Source of the DNA: the human T2T-CHM13v2.0 reference genome, Homo sapiens
Strand: one strand, 5' to 3'
Length of the DNA stretch: 64,000 nt
NCBI RefSeq assembly: GCF_009914755.1
Contig: NC_060935.1
Part shown: positions 34,581-49,902 of the stretch, one piece after another
Numbering within the stretch: the first letter of the stretch is position 1
Layout of the letters: each line of letters starts with the position of its first letter
Position numbers and translations under genes: made by a program
Notes under the pieces: model-generated
The model's input: the letters and a program-made list of their open reading frames with translations, nothing else
Told to the model about the DNA's origin: nothing
The model's database searches: none

Positions 34581-35789
34581 GAAGTAAATAGATCTTCATT
34601 TTCAGGTTGCCTGGAGCAATTGCTTTCCACATCTGACACAAGAAGGAGAATTTTGCTTCATGTCACAGTGTCTCAGAACTGAATCTGTTTATGTCCACGT
34701 ATCCTGGAACAGGAGCTGCATATAAGATGATACAGGGCAACAGGTCCTCTTGCTTGGTGGAAAATGATTCTTTGAATGAACTTGTTTAGCTAAGTCTCTG
34801 CCTGCCCTTTGCTGTCAGGAAGGAGAGGCAGCTAGAGATCTTCCTCCTCCTCCTTCATCCTTGCTGCTCTGCAAGCTGCCTCTTCTCCAGCACTCTCATT
34901 CCTGCCTTTGGCTGTTCCTCAATCCCATGTGGCTCTCTAGGCCTGTCATGCTCTTATATTACAAATCCATAACAACTTCCCATTTTTTGTCTTTTAAAGA
35001 CTGAGAAGAATGTCATTTTCTTGTGGTTCTTCTCAACTATGTGGGTACAAAACATGGATTTCACAATTGCTTTACTCAGGGTGCTTCCCGTAACACCGCG
35101 TCTTCAGGTGGGCAGAGGGTAGTGCAATGCTGGAGTTAAATTCTAAGAATGTAGAACACTCACTCAAGATCTTCCTTTATTCCTGCCCACTTTGTCACAG
35201 GCAGAACAACGTAGGAGTGGAGATGTGATCTCCAGAGCCACACTGTCTCGTTCGAATCCTGGCCCCATTGCAAACTATCTGGGTAACTTCGGGAGGTTAC
35301 TTAACCTTTCTGTACCTTAGTGCCCTCAGATGTAAAGTGAAGGTAGTAAGAGTCCATTCCCCCTTATAGGATTGTTATAAGGATTAGATGGGTTAATATT
35401 GGAAAATCCCTCAGTGTAGAGCCTAGACATAGTAGGAGCAATATTAAGTGTTTGTCAATTAAACAAAATATGTTTTGAAAGGATGGTTTTGTGGGATAGG
35501 AAGGTTTGGTTTAGGGCAGTGGTTGGCCTTTGTTCATCATAATGTGACCTTGGAGCCAAACTTCAGTGTCCAGAGGCAGTCTCTGAACTACAGCACATCC
35601 CGCAAGGATGAGTATAATAGTATATCCTACAACAAAGTTTGCTGTATTTTCTGAACAGCGTTGCAACTCATACAAGAGCTACATGGCACTCCAGAATAAA
35701 TAGAAATACTAATAATCAGATAATACAGATAACTAACTCATATGGTTCATATAATCTTCCCTAAACCTCCAACTACCCTTGGAGGTCAG

Positions 35790-36255
35790 TGTGGCCGGTG
35801 CTGCTGATCAGCCACCGATATTCACTTCCCTTTTCTTTTATAATAGAATGCCTGAGTTTTGTCAAGCCCATGGCCACCCAGCCAGTGACTACATTTCCCG
35901 GTTTCCTGTATAGCTAGGCATAGCCATGTGACGAAATTCTGGCCAATGGAATGTGAGTAGAAATAAAGTGTGCTATTTCCAAATTGTGCCCTAAAAAGGA
36001 AAGGACATGGGCTCCCTTTGCTCCTTTGTCCCCCTTCCCACTGGCTGGCATGCAGTTATGATCAAGTGAGCAGCTACATTGGACTCAGAGATGGAAGCTA
36101 TGTATTGAGGATGGCAGAGTTGCCTAACCAGCCCTGTACCATTTAGGTCTGAAATGCTTTATTGTGAGAGAAATAAGCTTTGATCTTGTCTATGCTATTT
36201 TGTTGTTTTTTTGGGAGGCTCTTTTTGTTATAGAAGCTTGGGTGATACCTAATAT
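35790..36255 (+). mobile_element. Ancient ERVL LTR (LTR16/LTR33-like)
   Basis: gactacatttcccgg...gccatgtgacgaaattctggccaatggaatgtgag...aaataagc. Confidence 0.65.
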
Positions 36256-37995
36256 AGAAGGCGTTACTATCTCCATTTTACAAAAGCAACATGGTAGCTT
36301 AGAAAAATTAAGTGACTTGCCCAAGTTCACACAGTTTGTAAATGGCCATGGTGGGATTTGACCCCAAGTGCTCTGATGCTAGCGCTGGGGCTGTTAACCA
36401 TGTACCATGCTATTTTTTCTCTTGAGCCCTACTAGGTAATGATCTGGGTTTATGGTAAAGAAAGGGAGAAGAGAGCTACCTGTTCCGTTCCCCCTAGTTG
36501 ACCATTCCTAGCTATGACCAATGGTTCCACCCAAACATGTATACTTCATAACTATTCATTTCTCCACAGATGCATAATTGTGTGTGCTCTCAGTCCATAA
36601 TGAATGTGTTGATTGTCTATGAGGTTTGACTTTTTATTTTTATTGTCAGAGTACAAGAACCCATGTCTGGTTTCTGCAAACAGACTTAAACCCAAGGTCA
36701 AGCCCAGGTGCAACATTTAAAGCATAAACAAGGGAGGCAAGCAAAATACCTCTGAGAGAGCAGCACTGGAAAAATAACTTCAATCCAAGCATGTGAATCC
36801 CAGTAGTTAAACATGACTGGTTGACCCAGGCCTTGCAGGAGCCCAGAGGCAAGGAGGGAATGTGGGTGAGCCGCAGGAGCTTAAGCTAGTCAAAGTCAAG
36901 TTCAGAGGCCAGTGGACCTGCACAAACTTGAAAAAGGCTCAACACCTGTTGTAAATATTTGCTTGCTACTGAGTCCTACTCAAGCCATCTCCATATCACC
37001 ATGAATGAAGTCAGACTTTTAGGGAAAAGTGGTTAACAATCTGTTTGGATTTCTGCGGTAGCAGGGTGGATCATATAATGCTTACTCCTGACACCACGCC
37101 TGACACCTATTCAGTTTCTCAGCTTTACTCAAAGCCTCCATGACTTAGCAGGTTCAGGTTAGGCGACCTTCTTAGGTAATCCTAATAACAGCTGGCCTTC
37201 CCTTCTCTCAGCACTTTTTCCCCGTGTTATTGCCTGATTATTTGTCTATGTCCACGTCCTTTGCTGCTGTACTCCCAGAGCCCAATAGGCAGGGGGCCCA
37301 GGACACAGCAGACATCCAGTATATTGGATGACTCCCATGGGTTAGTGGTTATGGCTGAACATAACATGAGAGGCCTTCTCTCTCAGAAGAATGTGATGAG
37401 ATATGCAATTGATGAACATCCAGAATCCAGATATTCACCTATCTTGAAAATTGCACTTCCAATCCACACTCTCAGTGCCCGTGACAGTATAAACTAGCTC
37501 GAGCATTGCAGAAAACAATCAACAACATGTCACAAGAACCTTAAAAAGTTCAAATGACTTGAACCAAAAATGACCTCTGAAAACAGGTCCTAAGGAAATA
37601 AATACAAATGTAGAGGAAGGATGTCACTGTACTGTTATAGAAGAAAACAATTTAAATGTTCTCAGTAAAGGAGTATGTAAATAAAGGAATAGTCCTTTGA
37701 TTGCAAATTGTGTAGGCATAGGAGAAAAATATCACATTTTGGAAAAAGATTTAATGACTTGGAAAAAGTTTTATCTGATAATGTTAGGTGGAAAAAGCAG
37801 GATATAAGATTATGTATTCTATAGGATCCATTGTAAAACTCTCTCTCACACACACACACACACTCCTTTACAAACATATAAGAGAGAAAATATTGGTAAA
37901 AATGTTACCTGTTTATCTTAATCTTTGAATGATTGTTTGATATTTTATCCTGCATTTTCCAAGCCTCCATTAGTAAGTATAAAAAATAAGTTAAG

Positions 37996-38732
<737 letters not shown>

Positions 38733-39512
38733 TAGCATAGCTCATGCTATGGCCATCACCAGACACCAGAGGACATCTGGGTTGCCTCCTCCCAAGTAGG
38801 CAATTATTCATATTAAAGCGGGAAAGATATGGTGCAGCCAAATAGGCAGAGCAGAAGGTATGTGCTGCTACTGCATATAACACCACTGCTACTTTTTAAA
38901 GCAAATCCCACCTTCTTCTTTGGCTTGCTCAAGCCTGTTCCACAGCGAACAGGAGTCATGGAGCTGTGGTGATGTTTATTCTCTTCTCTTAAAGCCAACA
39001 GCCAATACTGAATTGTAACTCTCTTTGTTTCTTGTTGTGTTCTTTTCTCTTCCTTTTTGCCTAACTCTGAATTTACCTCACAAGGCCACTGTGAAGAGAA
39101 TGAAACTGAAATATGTAGAACATTCTCGGCCTCTCTGAGGATGGGTGGAATCAGAACAGAGTAATTACCCCTTGTGCTGTCTTGTATGCCTGTCATCCAA
39201 CACCACATGATGTTCATTCTCTCCATTCTTTTCTTGCAATACTGATGAAATAAAATTTGTCTATAAAGATTCCTAGCTGAGTACTCAAATGTTTTTCTTG
39301 AACATTTGTTACATGGTCTACTTTGCAAGCTTGGTTTCAAATTTGTTGATACCAGGATTAATAACAGTATGTCTTGTGCCAGTATATTTTATTTTCATTG
39401 AGTTCTGAAAATTGACTTCAGAGAACAGCATTTTTAAAATAACATTTTTATTTATATCAATAAAAATACCCATGAATTCATATGACTAAAATATTAAAAC
39501 CTAGAACCCAAT

Positions 39513-39520
39513 TTGTTTAC
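39513..39520. promoter_or_regulatory. FOXO consensus site (DBE) 2.34 kb upstream of the ATG
   Basis: Exact TTGTTTAC; FOXO factors are established catalase activators; binding here not shown by sequence. Confidence 0.45.
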
Positions 39521-39657
39521 CTAACCAATCACTTGCAATTACCTTTAGGTAATTGTATTGGTTTGGTTTCAAGTATTTTTTAACTAGGGCTGATTTTAAG
39601 AAGTGTTTTCATTTAAGCTGTAATTATAGTCGATAGAACTTCCACCTAATATGTGAC

Positions 39658-39962
39658 TTTTTTTAATTTTTAATTTTTTTGAGATGAAGCCTCACTCTGT
39701 CACCCAGGCTGGAGTGCAGTGGCACAATCTTGGCTCACTGCAACCTCCGCCTCTTGGGTTCAAGTGATTCTCTCGCCTCAGCCACCTGAGTAGCTGAGAC
39801 TACAGGCGTGTGCCACCACGCCCAGCTAATTTTTGTATTTTTAGCAGAGGTGGGGTTTTACCATGTTGGCCAGACTGGTCTCGAACTTCTGGCCACAAGT
39901 GATCCGCCTGCCTCGGCCTCCCAAGGTGCTGGGATTACAGGCGTGAGCCCCCGCACCCAGCC
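39658..39962 (-). mobile_element. Alu (S-like)
   Basis: Antisense full-length Alu. Confidence 0.92.
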
Positions 39963-40261
39963 TCCTATGTAACATTATAAATTTATTGTCATTACTTGTA
40001 AGCCTGCCCTTTATTTTAAAATACAAGATATGACAAGATCAGAAACCAGTCTTGTTTCTCCATTTCTTTCTCTAGAAATAATTCTTTAGGAATTCAAATC
40101 CATAGTAACAAAAACAAAGGAAAAAAAAACATGCTTTTTTTTATATAATGAACAAAGGTTAAGAAATGACTCCAGGTCTCTTATTTATTTTGTTGATATT
40201 TGTGTTGGTTAGTTAAGAAGATGATTTGCTCGATTATTTCAACATTTATTTATTCAACAAA

Positions 40262-40485
40262 CTGTGGACTTTGGAGATGAACAGCTGAAGCTAGAATCCT
40301 GACTATCCCTTAATAGCTGTGTAACTTTGGGCAAGTTATTTAACCTCCCTATACCTCTGTTTCCTAATCTGTAAAATGAAGATAATATTAGTATCTAACT
40401 CATAGGGTTGTTGGGAGGGTTAACTAAGCAAATATACAAAAAGCTGAGAATAGTCCCTGGTATATAGTAAGTGCTCAATAAATTA
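40262..40485 (+). mobile_element. Near full-length MIR in the distal CAT promoter
   Basis: MIR core tagctgtgtaactttgggcaagttatttaacctc...tctgtaaaatg...gtgctcaataaat. Confidence 0.8.
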
Positions 40486-41389
40486 TGGATGGGAGGATCC
40501 TGACCCACATGGAGTTTACAGTCTTGGCAGTATGGATCGGGCAGGTAGAAAAAGACACCAAATTACACAGCCAACAGCATCTTTATAATTGTTTTTAATA
40601 TAGGAAAAGTATAGGGTGCTAAAGATCAATTTGTGGCTTTCTTTTCCAATGAACTGCTAAAGTTCCACTTTTATGCCCAAGATTCTTATCATACTTTTGT
40701 AAGATCAAGAACAACATGTGAAGTTTCCACTATTATATATCCACCCATTATATGTAGTTGTACTGGAAAAAATTAAAAGCTGATAACTTTTAATTTGAAG
40801 ATGATGGTATATACTATGTATATATATTAAGGTGCTTAAAGATAAATCCTAGCACCTGAGGAGGTGTAGAAATCATTCAAACTCTTTGATTACAATGACA
40901 AACTAGTCAGTAACTTACTAAATATTGTACTATATATTACTAAGTATTTTACTCTTCAACATAGCTTTTTAAAGACACAAAGCTTTTCAAAATTCCTGCT
41001 TACCTGGGAGTAAAATTTGGGGAAGCAGATTTCTCCAGTGTTTAAAGAAGCCAATTTGGCAGTGTACCAGAGTTGAATACATTTTTCCCATCACAAGGGA
41101 ATACATTTTTCCCATCTAAGTTAAGTTGTTTTTCTCTGGTAAAGGAGGAAATCAACACCCATCTGTACGGAGATAAACGTTTCAGAGTGTTTTTATATTA
41201 AATAATTAGTATACTAGTCTAGTAAGTGATAATCCACGAATAAGTTAAGAAGAGCTAAGAAAGAAAAAGAAAAGCATCCATCCATCCTTTGGTTGCAAAT
41301 AATACTTACATTAGCGTATGGCAAAATTTAATTTTGTACAGAGTAATTTAACCCAGGATTGCTGACTTTTTAAGAGCTGAGAAAGCATA

Positions 41390-42200
41390 GCTATGGAGCG
41401 CAAGGCCCCACCCAGCAGGGTCTAAGTATTCCGTCTGCAAAACTGGCAGGCCACCAACGGCCGCGTCCCAGGGCGGCCTGAAGGATGCTGATAACCGGGA
41501 GCCCCGCCCTGGGTTCGGCTATTCCGGGCACCCCGGGCCGGCGGGGCGAGGCTCTCCAATTGCTGGGCCAGAGCGGGACCCTTCCTTTCCGCACCCTCCT
41601 GGGTATCTCCGGTCTTCAGGCCTCCTTCGGAGAGCCCTGCTCCGAGCCCATTGGGCTTCCAATCTTGGCCTGCCTAGCGCCGAGCAGCCAATCAGAAGGC
41701 AGTCCTCCCGAGGGGGCGGGACGAGGGGGTGGTGCTGATTGGCTGAGCCTGAAGTCGCCACGGTCTCGGGGCAACAGGCAGATTTGCCTGCTGAGGGTGG
41801 AGACCCACGAGCCGAGGCCTCCTGCAGTGTTCCGCACAGCAAACCGCACGCTATGGCTGACAGCCGGGATCCCGCCAGCGACCAGATGCAGCACTGGAAG
41901 GAGCAGCGGGCCGCGCAGGTACACTCTGTGCTCCCCGAGCGGGCCCGAAGGTCCGTTTAGAAAGCGGGGGCGTCGGCAAGTAAAGGCCCGGCTTCCCCCG
42001 GGGCGGCGCTTGGAGGGACTGTACCGCGGCTCACTGGGCAGGGGGGATCCCCTTCGGTGCGGACGGACTTTTACATTCGCCGAAGCAGGGGAGGGGGGTC
42101 CGGGTAGTGGGGCGCGGGACTGCAGGCTTTGTTGTCCGCGACAGGCTCGGGTGGTTGCTTCAGAATTTTGCACTTTTGCCAACTGGGACAGAGGTCGCAG
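41390..42200 (+). promoter_or_regulatory. CAT: CAT CpG island / TATA-less promoter, 5'UTR and start of intron 1
   Basis: Sharp rise in GC and CpG; CCAAT at 41556, 41659, 41688; ATTGG at 41650, 41738; GC boxes CCCCGCCC 41502 and GGGGCGGG 41713; no TATA box. Confidence 0.95.
41853..41918 (+). CDS. CAT: Catalase exon 1, coding part (aa 1-22)
   Basis: gctATGg start; translates [22 protein letters not shown] (human catalase N-terminus); donor CAG|gtacac, phase 0. Confidence 0.99.
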
Positions 42201-42519
42201 CTTGAGGACAGATTGAGGGCTCATGGGGAAAGAGGCAGAGAGCTGCAGCTGCAAGGAAGTCAGTGAGGGGAGAAGTGGAACCAGGCTCTAATGGTGCCCT
42301 TCTTGAAATACTGTTTACACGCTTTCATAGTTGTGGGGTCCCAGCAGGGCAGGGATTGTGTTTTACAATCTTGAGGTCTCCAGCACCAGTCACAGTGACT
42401 GGTACGTACTATGCACATTATTAAACGACTAAATAAAAGAACTTTTACATTCATTGTCTCATTTGCACTTCAAAATGTCAAGCCTAGCATTTTAGAGCTG
42501 GGGGGTGACATTAGGGATT

Positions 42520-42870
42520 GATTAATGCGTTTATTCTATTCTTTGAGCACCTGTAGGTGCTAGGCACTGTTCGGGGCAAGGTGTACAAATTCCAGTGCGG
42601 CAAGAACAACACCCTTGAGAAGCTGAGAGTCTAGTCTGGGAGACGAGACACATAAACAGATGATTACACTCCAGCGTGGTGAGGGCTCTAATAGAGGTTA
42701 TCTGTAGAATGTAGAGGGAGTGACCAGGTGGGCCGGACAAAGCAGGTGACATTTGAACAGGAATTTTTTTAAATGAGTAGGATTTTAACTTGGTGGTGGG
42801 GGAGGCATTCCTGGCCTGTGCCCACGGCTGCAGAGTCTCAGAGGGCATCTATGAGGAGGGTGGATTAGAT
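42520..42870 (-). mobile_element. L2 3' fragment in CAT intron 1
   Basis: ttgagcacctgtaggtgctaggcactgttc...gaagctgagagtctagtctgggagac, characteristic of L2. Confidence 0.6.
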
Positions 42871-43336
42871 GAGACCACATCTGGTCTGAGTCTACTGTTG
42901 GCAGATTGGCCCAGGGAGTCTAAAGGTCTTGCCCTGTTCCCTGGCTGCTGGTTAATGGTAGACAGAGGACTGCAGCCCTGTTTTCCCTATTCTGACTAGT
43001 GCTCTTGCTCAAAACTCAGGTTCGTGAACTGGGGTATTAATGCTAAGTGCTCATGGATTGCTTTAATGGTTCCCTGTTTGGGAAAAGGCTGCCATTCTCC
43101 TCCAAGGGCCTGGAAAATCTCCCCTCTTGGCCCTGTTCTTTGTTATATACCATTAGGTTGGTTCATGAGCTCTTAAAGTAAACCAGAGAGAGGTAGAGTC
43201 TTAGTAAAGGATGTGCCACTACTTAGTGGCAGAGACAAGGTTAGAATTCAGCTTCTTGGACCCAAGACTCTTTCCTTACCCAGTGGGTGCAAATCCTGGT
43301 TCACACTGAAGTTTTCATGAATACTCGGTGAATTGA

Positions 43337-43791
<455 letters not shown>

Positions 43792-44049
43792 TAGTTGCCC
43801 ATGTGAGAAATGGCTGACTCCAAAACACATCTATAGTTGGGAGGCTCTTAATTGAAATACAGCCATCCCCTTTGTCCATGACATCTCAGGGCACTGTGTA
43901 CATCGTCCTGATTGGCAGTCACATTGATGTCTTACTGTTCCTCAGTTTTAGCTGCTCTTAGTAAAAACCGCTTACTTCTTTTAGGCACTTCTCCCTCCAC
44001 CCAGGGCCCTCCAAAAGGAATTATGCATATGCCTTATAGCCTATATAAT

Positions 44050-45060
<1,011 letters not shown>

Positions 45061-45159
45061 CCCATATTTTAAGTTCAATCATGTGGAATCATGTGTAGGC
45101 TAAGTGTTATAATAATAAATCTCAACATGTATCATGGTATAAACATATTAGAAATTTAT

Positions 45160-45455
<296 letters not shown>

Positions 45456-46859
45456 GAAATGTATTCCTTTCCTACATGAATGGCCCAAAGTGGTTTGAGG
45501 TTGAAGGAGGTGGGTGGGTGCTCTGCTTCCCACAGTTATTGAGGGCACCAGGCTGAAGGAAGCTCCCCCTTGGTCAAACATGGCTTTTATGGGCGTCACT
45601 GTCCAGCACAGAAGGCTCAAGAGCGTGGAGAAGGGTATATGAGTGTGGGAAGGTTTAGGGTCCAGGGTCACTGCCACTTACATTCTGTTGGCTAGAACTC
45701 TGTTACAGGCCACACCTGGGGTAGTCTACCCCCTGTCCAGGAAGCTGACTCTACTATATTATCCAAAGCGTACATTTCATATTTGGTGAAAATCTGTCCA
45801 GCCATTTTCTTGTGATGCGGCAATGGACATGCAACATAATTTCTTTTTAAAGAATATGTCATTTTTACTTTCTGACATTAAGATATTCTGTTAGAAAATT
45901 ATGACAGTAACAGATGGTATTAAAAAAAAATCTCCCCTTGCTTGGTAAATGCTTTTATCTAAGTGGGCAGCTTTGTGCTAATATGATGTCTTCCACTTCC
46001 CAATTAGTTGTGATGCTTTACTGATCTAGGAGAGCTTTATGGTTTGGGACTACTATAGGCGAACACTCTGTTGCCTCCTCTCTCAAGAATCAGAGTGTCC
46101 TATTTTGGAAACACAGTCAACCATGTGAAAGCAATTTATTGGGCGTATCTTCTGTGGTCAGATTTGGTTTGCTGACAGGTGAATTGGGAGTTTTGTAAAC
46201 TTTAATAAGTGAGCATTGAGTCAGATGTGTTCATGAGTATGACCTCGATCCACTTAAAAATTCTTATTTCTTTTTCTCTCTTGGCAGGAGGGAGGTGGTT
46301 GTGCAGGTATTCCCAGCCACTTTGAAGGGAACTTAAATGGGAACTTTATTGCTCACTGCTTAGAATGCCATGGGCTCTTCTTTTGAGATACTTACCTTTA
46401 ACCCATTTCCTTTTTTTTTTTTTAAGTGCAGCTTGCTGCCAGTGCTCTTTTCTTGGGGGTAAATGGGAAATGTTAATAAGTAGCCTCTGATCCCTTTAAA
46501 ATGGGAGAATTTGAACATTTCAAACCTTACCTTTTTATACAGTTCTCTTATTACCTGGGAGAGAGGTTAAGTCTTAGACTATCCATTTCTGTCAGTGAGT
46601 TGCCTATGCATTATAGCCTGTGAGGGTCTATATTTTTTTAGGGTAATCCTGGTAATAACTGCATTGATGTTACACTGCTAACATTTGGGATGGAGAAGGG
46701 GTGACTGAGTGACTTAACCCTTGGTCCACATGTGCTTTCATTTCTCCTGAAATATACCTAGGTATGGAATCGCTAAGTCATTATGTGCAGTGGGAGAGAC
46801 TATGGGAGATGGGACAGAAATTTTTAAGGTTTCATTTCTTTTTTTTAGCTTTTGCATGG

Positions 46860-47257
46860 TGGGTAGGTCTATGCAAACCTACCCCCAAAGTCTGAGGAAG
46901 CTGAGAGGCCAAAGAAAGAGGCTGACAAATCAAGTTTCTCAGAAAGAAATGTTTAGTAGGGACTTAGGACCAGAAACCATGTCTGTGTCTTGCGTGTTGG
47001 CGAGACAAGATGGTGGATCCCATACCATTACCCCTCAGACCCAGGGCTTAATACCATAGGGAAGGGCGATTCAGAAGGGAGGTATGGCATGACTGAAGTA
47101 TGATAATGTCAAGGTTGTTTGACCTCAGGGCAGGATTTATAGTAAATAGGGGCTCTTTCACAAGGAATAATAGATAAACTGGAAATCTTAAAACTGGAGT
47201 TAATCAGAAGTCAGCATGGTGGATCAGTATCTAAGACGGAATTGCTTTAGCTTCCAC
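46860..47257 (-). mobile_element. Solo ERV LTR (LTR47-like) in intron 1
   Basis: Reverse strand starts tgtggaagctaaagcaattccgtcttag...; ~400 bp; family assigned from memory. Confidence 0.55.
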
Positions 47258-48027
47258 AGCAGTCAATATCTAGACCACCCTTATTATTTTCCCACAGACC
47301 AAGAAATTTGAAGGTCAGGACAGTCTTTGGTTTCCTGTACGTGGGTGTATACGTTGTAGGCACTTGAATCTTTGTTGAATAAATGGAGAATGTTAGGCAG
47401 TTATTTGCTAGAAAACGCTAGGCACATTCTTTATCACAGAATGAAAAGACGTCATTATGACTCCTCTGGGACTGATGGGCAATTTGCATTAACCAATCTT
47501 TTAATTAAAAGTGGAAGAATATGTTTAGGTTCTTGAAACTTCTGTGAGTGAAGGGAACTACTAAGTGGAAAGTGTAATATGTTGATAAAATATTTCACCA
47601 GATGAAGCCAACCTTACTCCTCCCAGGAAAACTTCTTCATTTATGTATTAGCTCTGGCCAAAAGAAGCCTATAAAGGCAGCAAAGTCAAAATAGAATTTT
47701 ACTTTAAGTCCCTACTTCTAATAATTGTGCTAGTTTTTAGCCAAGCTAATTTCTGTGGCAGTTTTCATAACAAGTGTGTCTAAAGGTGTTTGATCAGAAT
47801 TTATAAATTAAAATATTTCTCTCATTTTTTGGAGGGGCGATGCAGGGAGAGGGATAGACTGTTGCTGCTTCCTCCTGCTTGTTAGAAAGGCTCTTGGCCA
47901 TATCATATTGGTCCGTGGTTTAGTTTATTTGCATGCTGAATCCACACACATTTGTTTTATGTTTGTTAGTATATTGAGCAGTGTATTAGGGATCAGGTAT
48001 ATAGATGTAAAAGGAGTACACAGTCTA

Positions 48028-48387
<360 letters not shown>

Positions 48388-49484
48388 TTACAATATTTTG
48401 TTATATGGGGCACAAGAAGATGCCCTTGGCCCTGCTTCATGAGTGGTGTGGGGCAGGGTAGAGAGAGCAGTTCAGGAGAGGTACGTATGGATGTCATGGG
48501 AGCTAGCAGCCAGGAAGATGTAAACATGTTAACAAGGACCTCTCCAGAGAGAGGTCTTAAAATTATCCAGCCATAGAGAAGCTTTTCTCTCTTTAAAAAT
48601 ATTCTGGCTCTAAAGTTATTCATTGAGTTAAAAACAATAATTGCAAGTTGGAGGAAATCTCTTTGCCTGTCCTTACGTGTTACATGTAACAAGTAAACCT
48701 GTGCCACAACACTGACATCTCTGCAAAGTTACTTAAGTTTTCTGAGTTTGTAGTATCGCCCATTAAATGGGATTAATAATATTGATCTCTGGATTATTGA
48801 CAGGCTTAAGTGAGATAACTTGCGTGGTCCGTTTTCTAGCCCCACCCTCTCATTTCATCTAGTAAATCTTCATTGCATTAATTATTTTCATCTTAAATAC
48901 ACCGCATCCTGCTCCTCACCTTCTAATATTAATACTCTATCTTTCAGTTTAGATCAGTTCCTCTTATCCAATGTTGCGCTAAACATCCCCTGAAGTTGGG
49001 GGATCTTTTCCTTTCTAGTTTTTGCTCCCTGGCTTCCCTTTTCTGTTGCTGACTGTTGAAGCTTTCCTGCCCCACTGGCTTTGAAGGTAAATTGTATATA
49101 CATGAGCTTGTGGGGAAAGCTGTTATATAAATGAGGACAATTGATCTAACTGTTAGAGTGGGGAAATGGAAGAGATTCTGAAGCCTCCATTTGTAACTTA
49201 AAAACTCAGGTTTCATTTCTTAACAGGATTGATGTTAAGGAGGGGATTCCTTCATTGGGCAGGAGGGAGGACTGCCATAATTCCAGCATTCCCACTCTTA
49301 ATAGTCAGTGTCATCAGGAAAGACCACCTCAAGCTTTAGTACTTTATTCATTTATCCAACTCTGCACCTGCTGCCTTTGGGTGTGGTATTTATTCTTGAC
49401 CATATCACCCTGACCCGGTAACCAGAAGGGAACATGTGATGTGCTCTCATCTCTGCCTTAGGGGCAGCTCCCTCCCCACGTTAA

Positions 49485-49902
<418 letters not shown>

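Noticed and set aside
41391-42254. 243-aa (+) and 212-aa (-) ORFs over the promoter
   Set aside because: Stop-poor frames typical of a CpG island; not the catalase frame and no recognisable homology.
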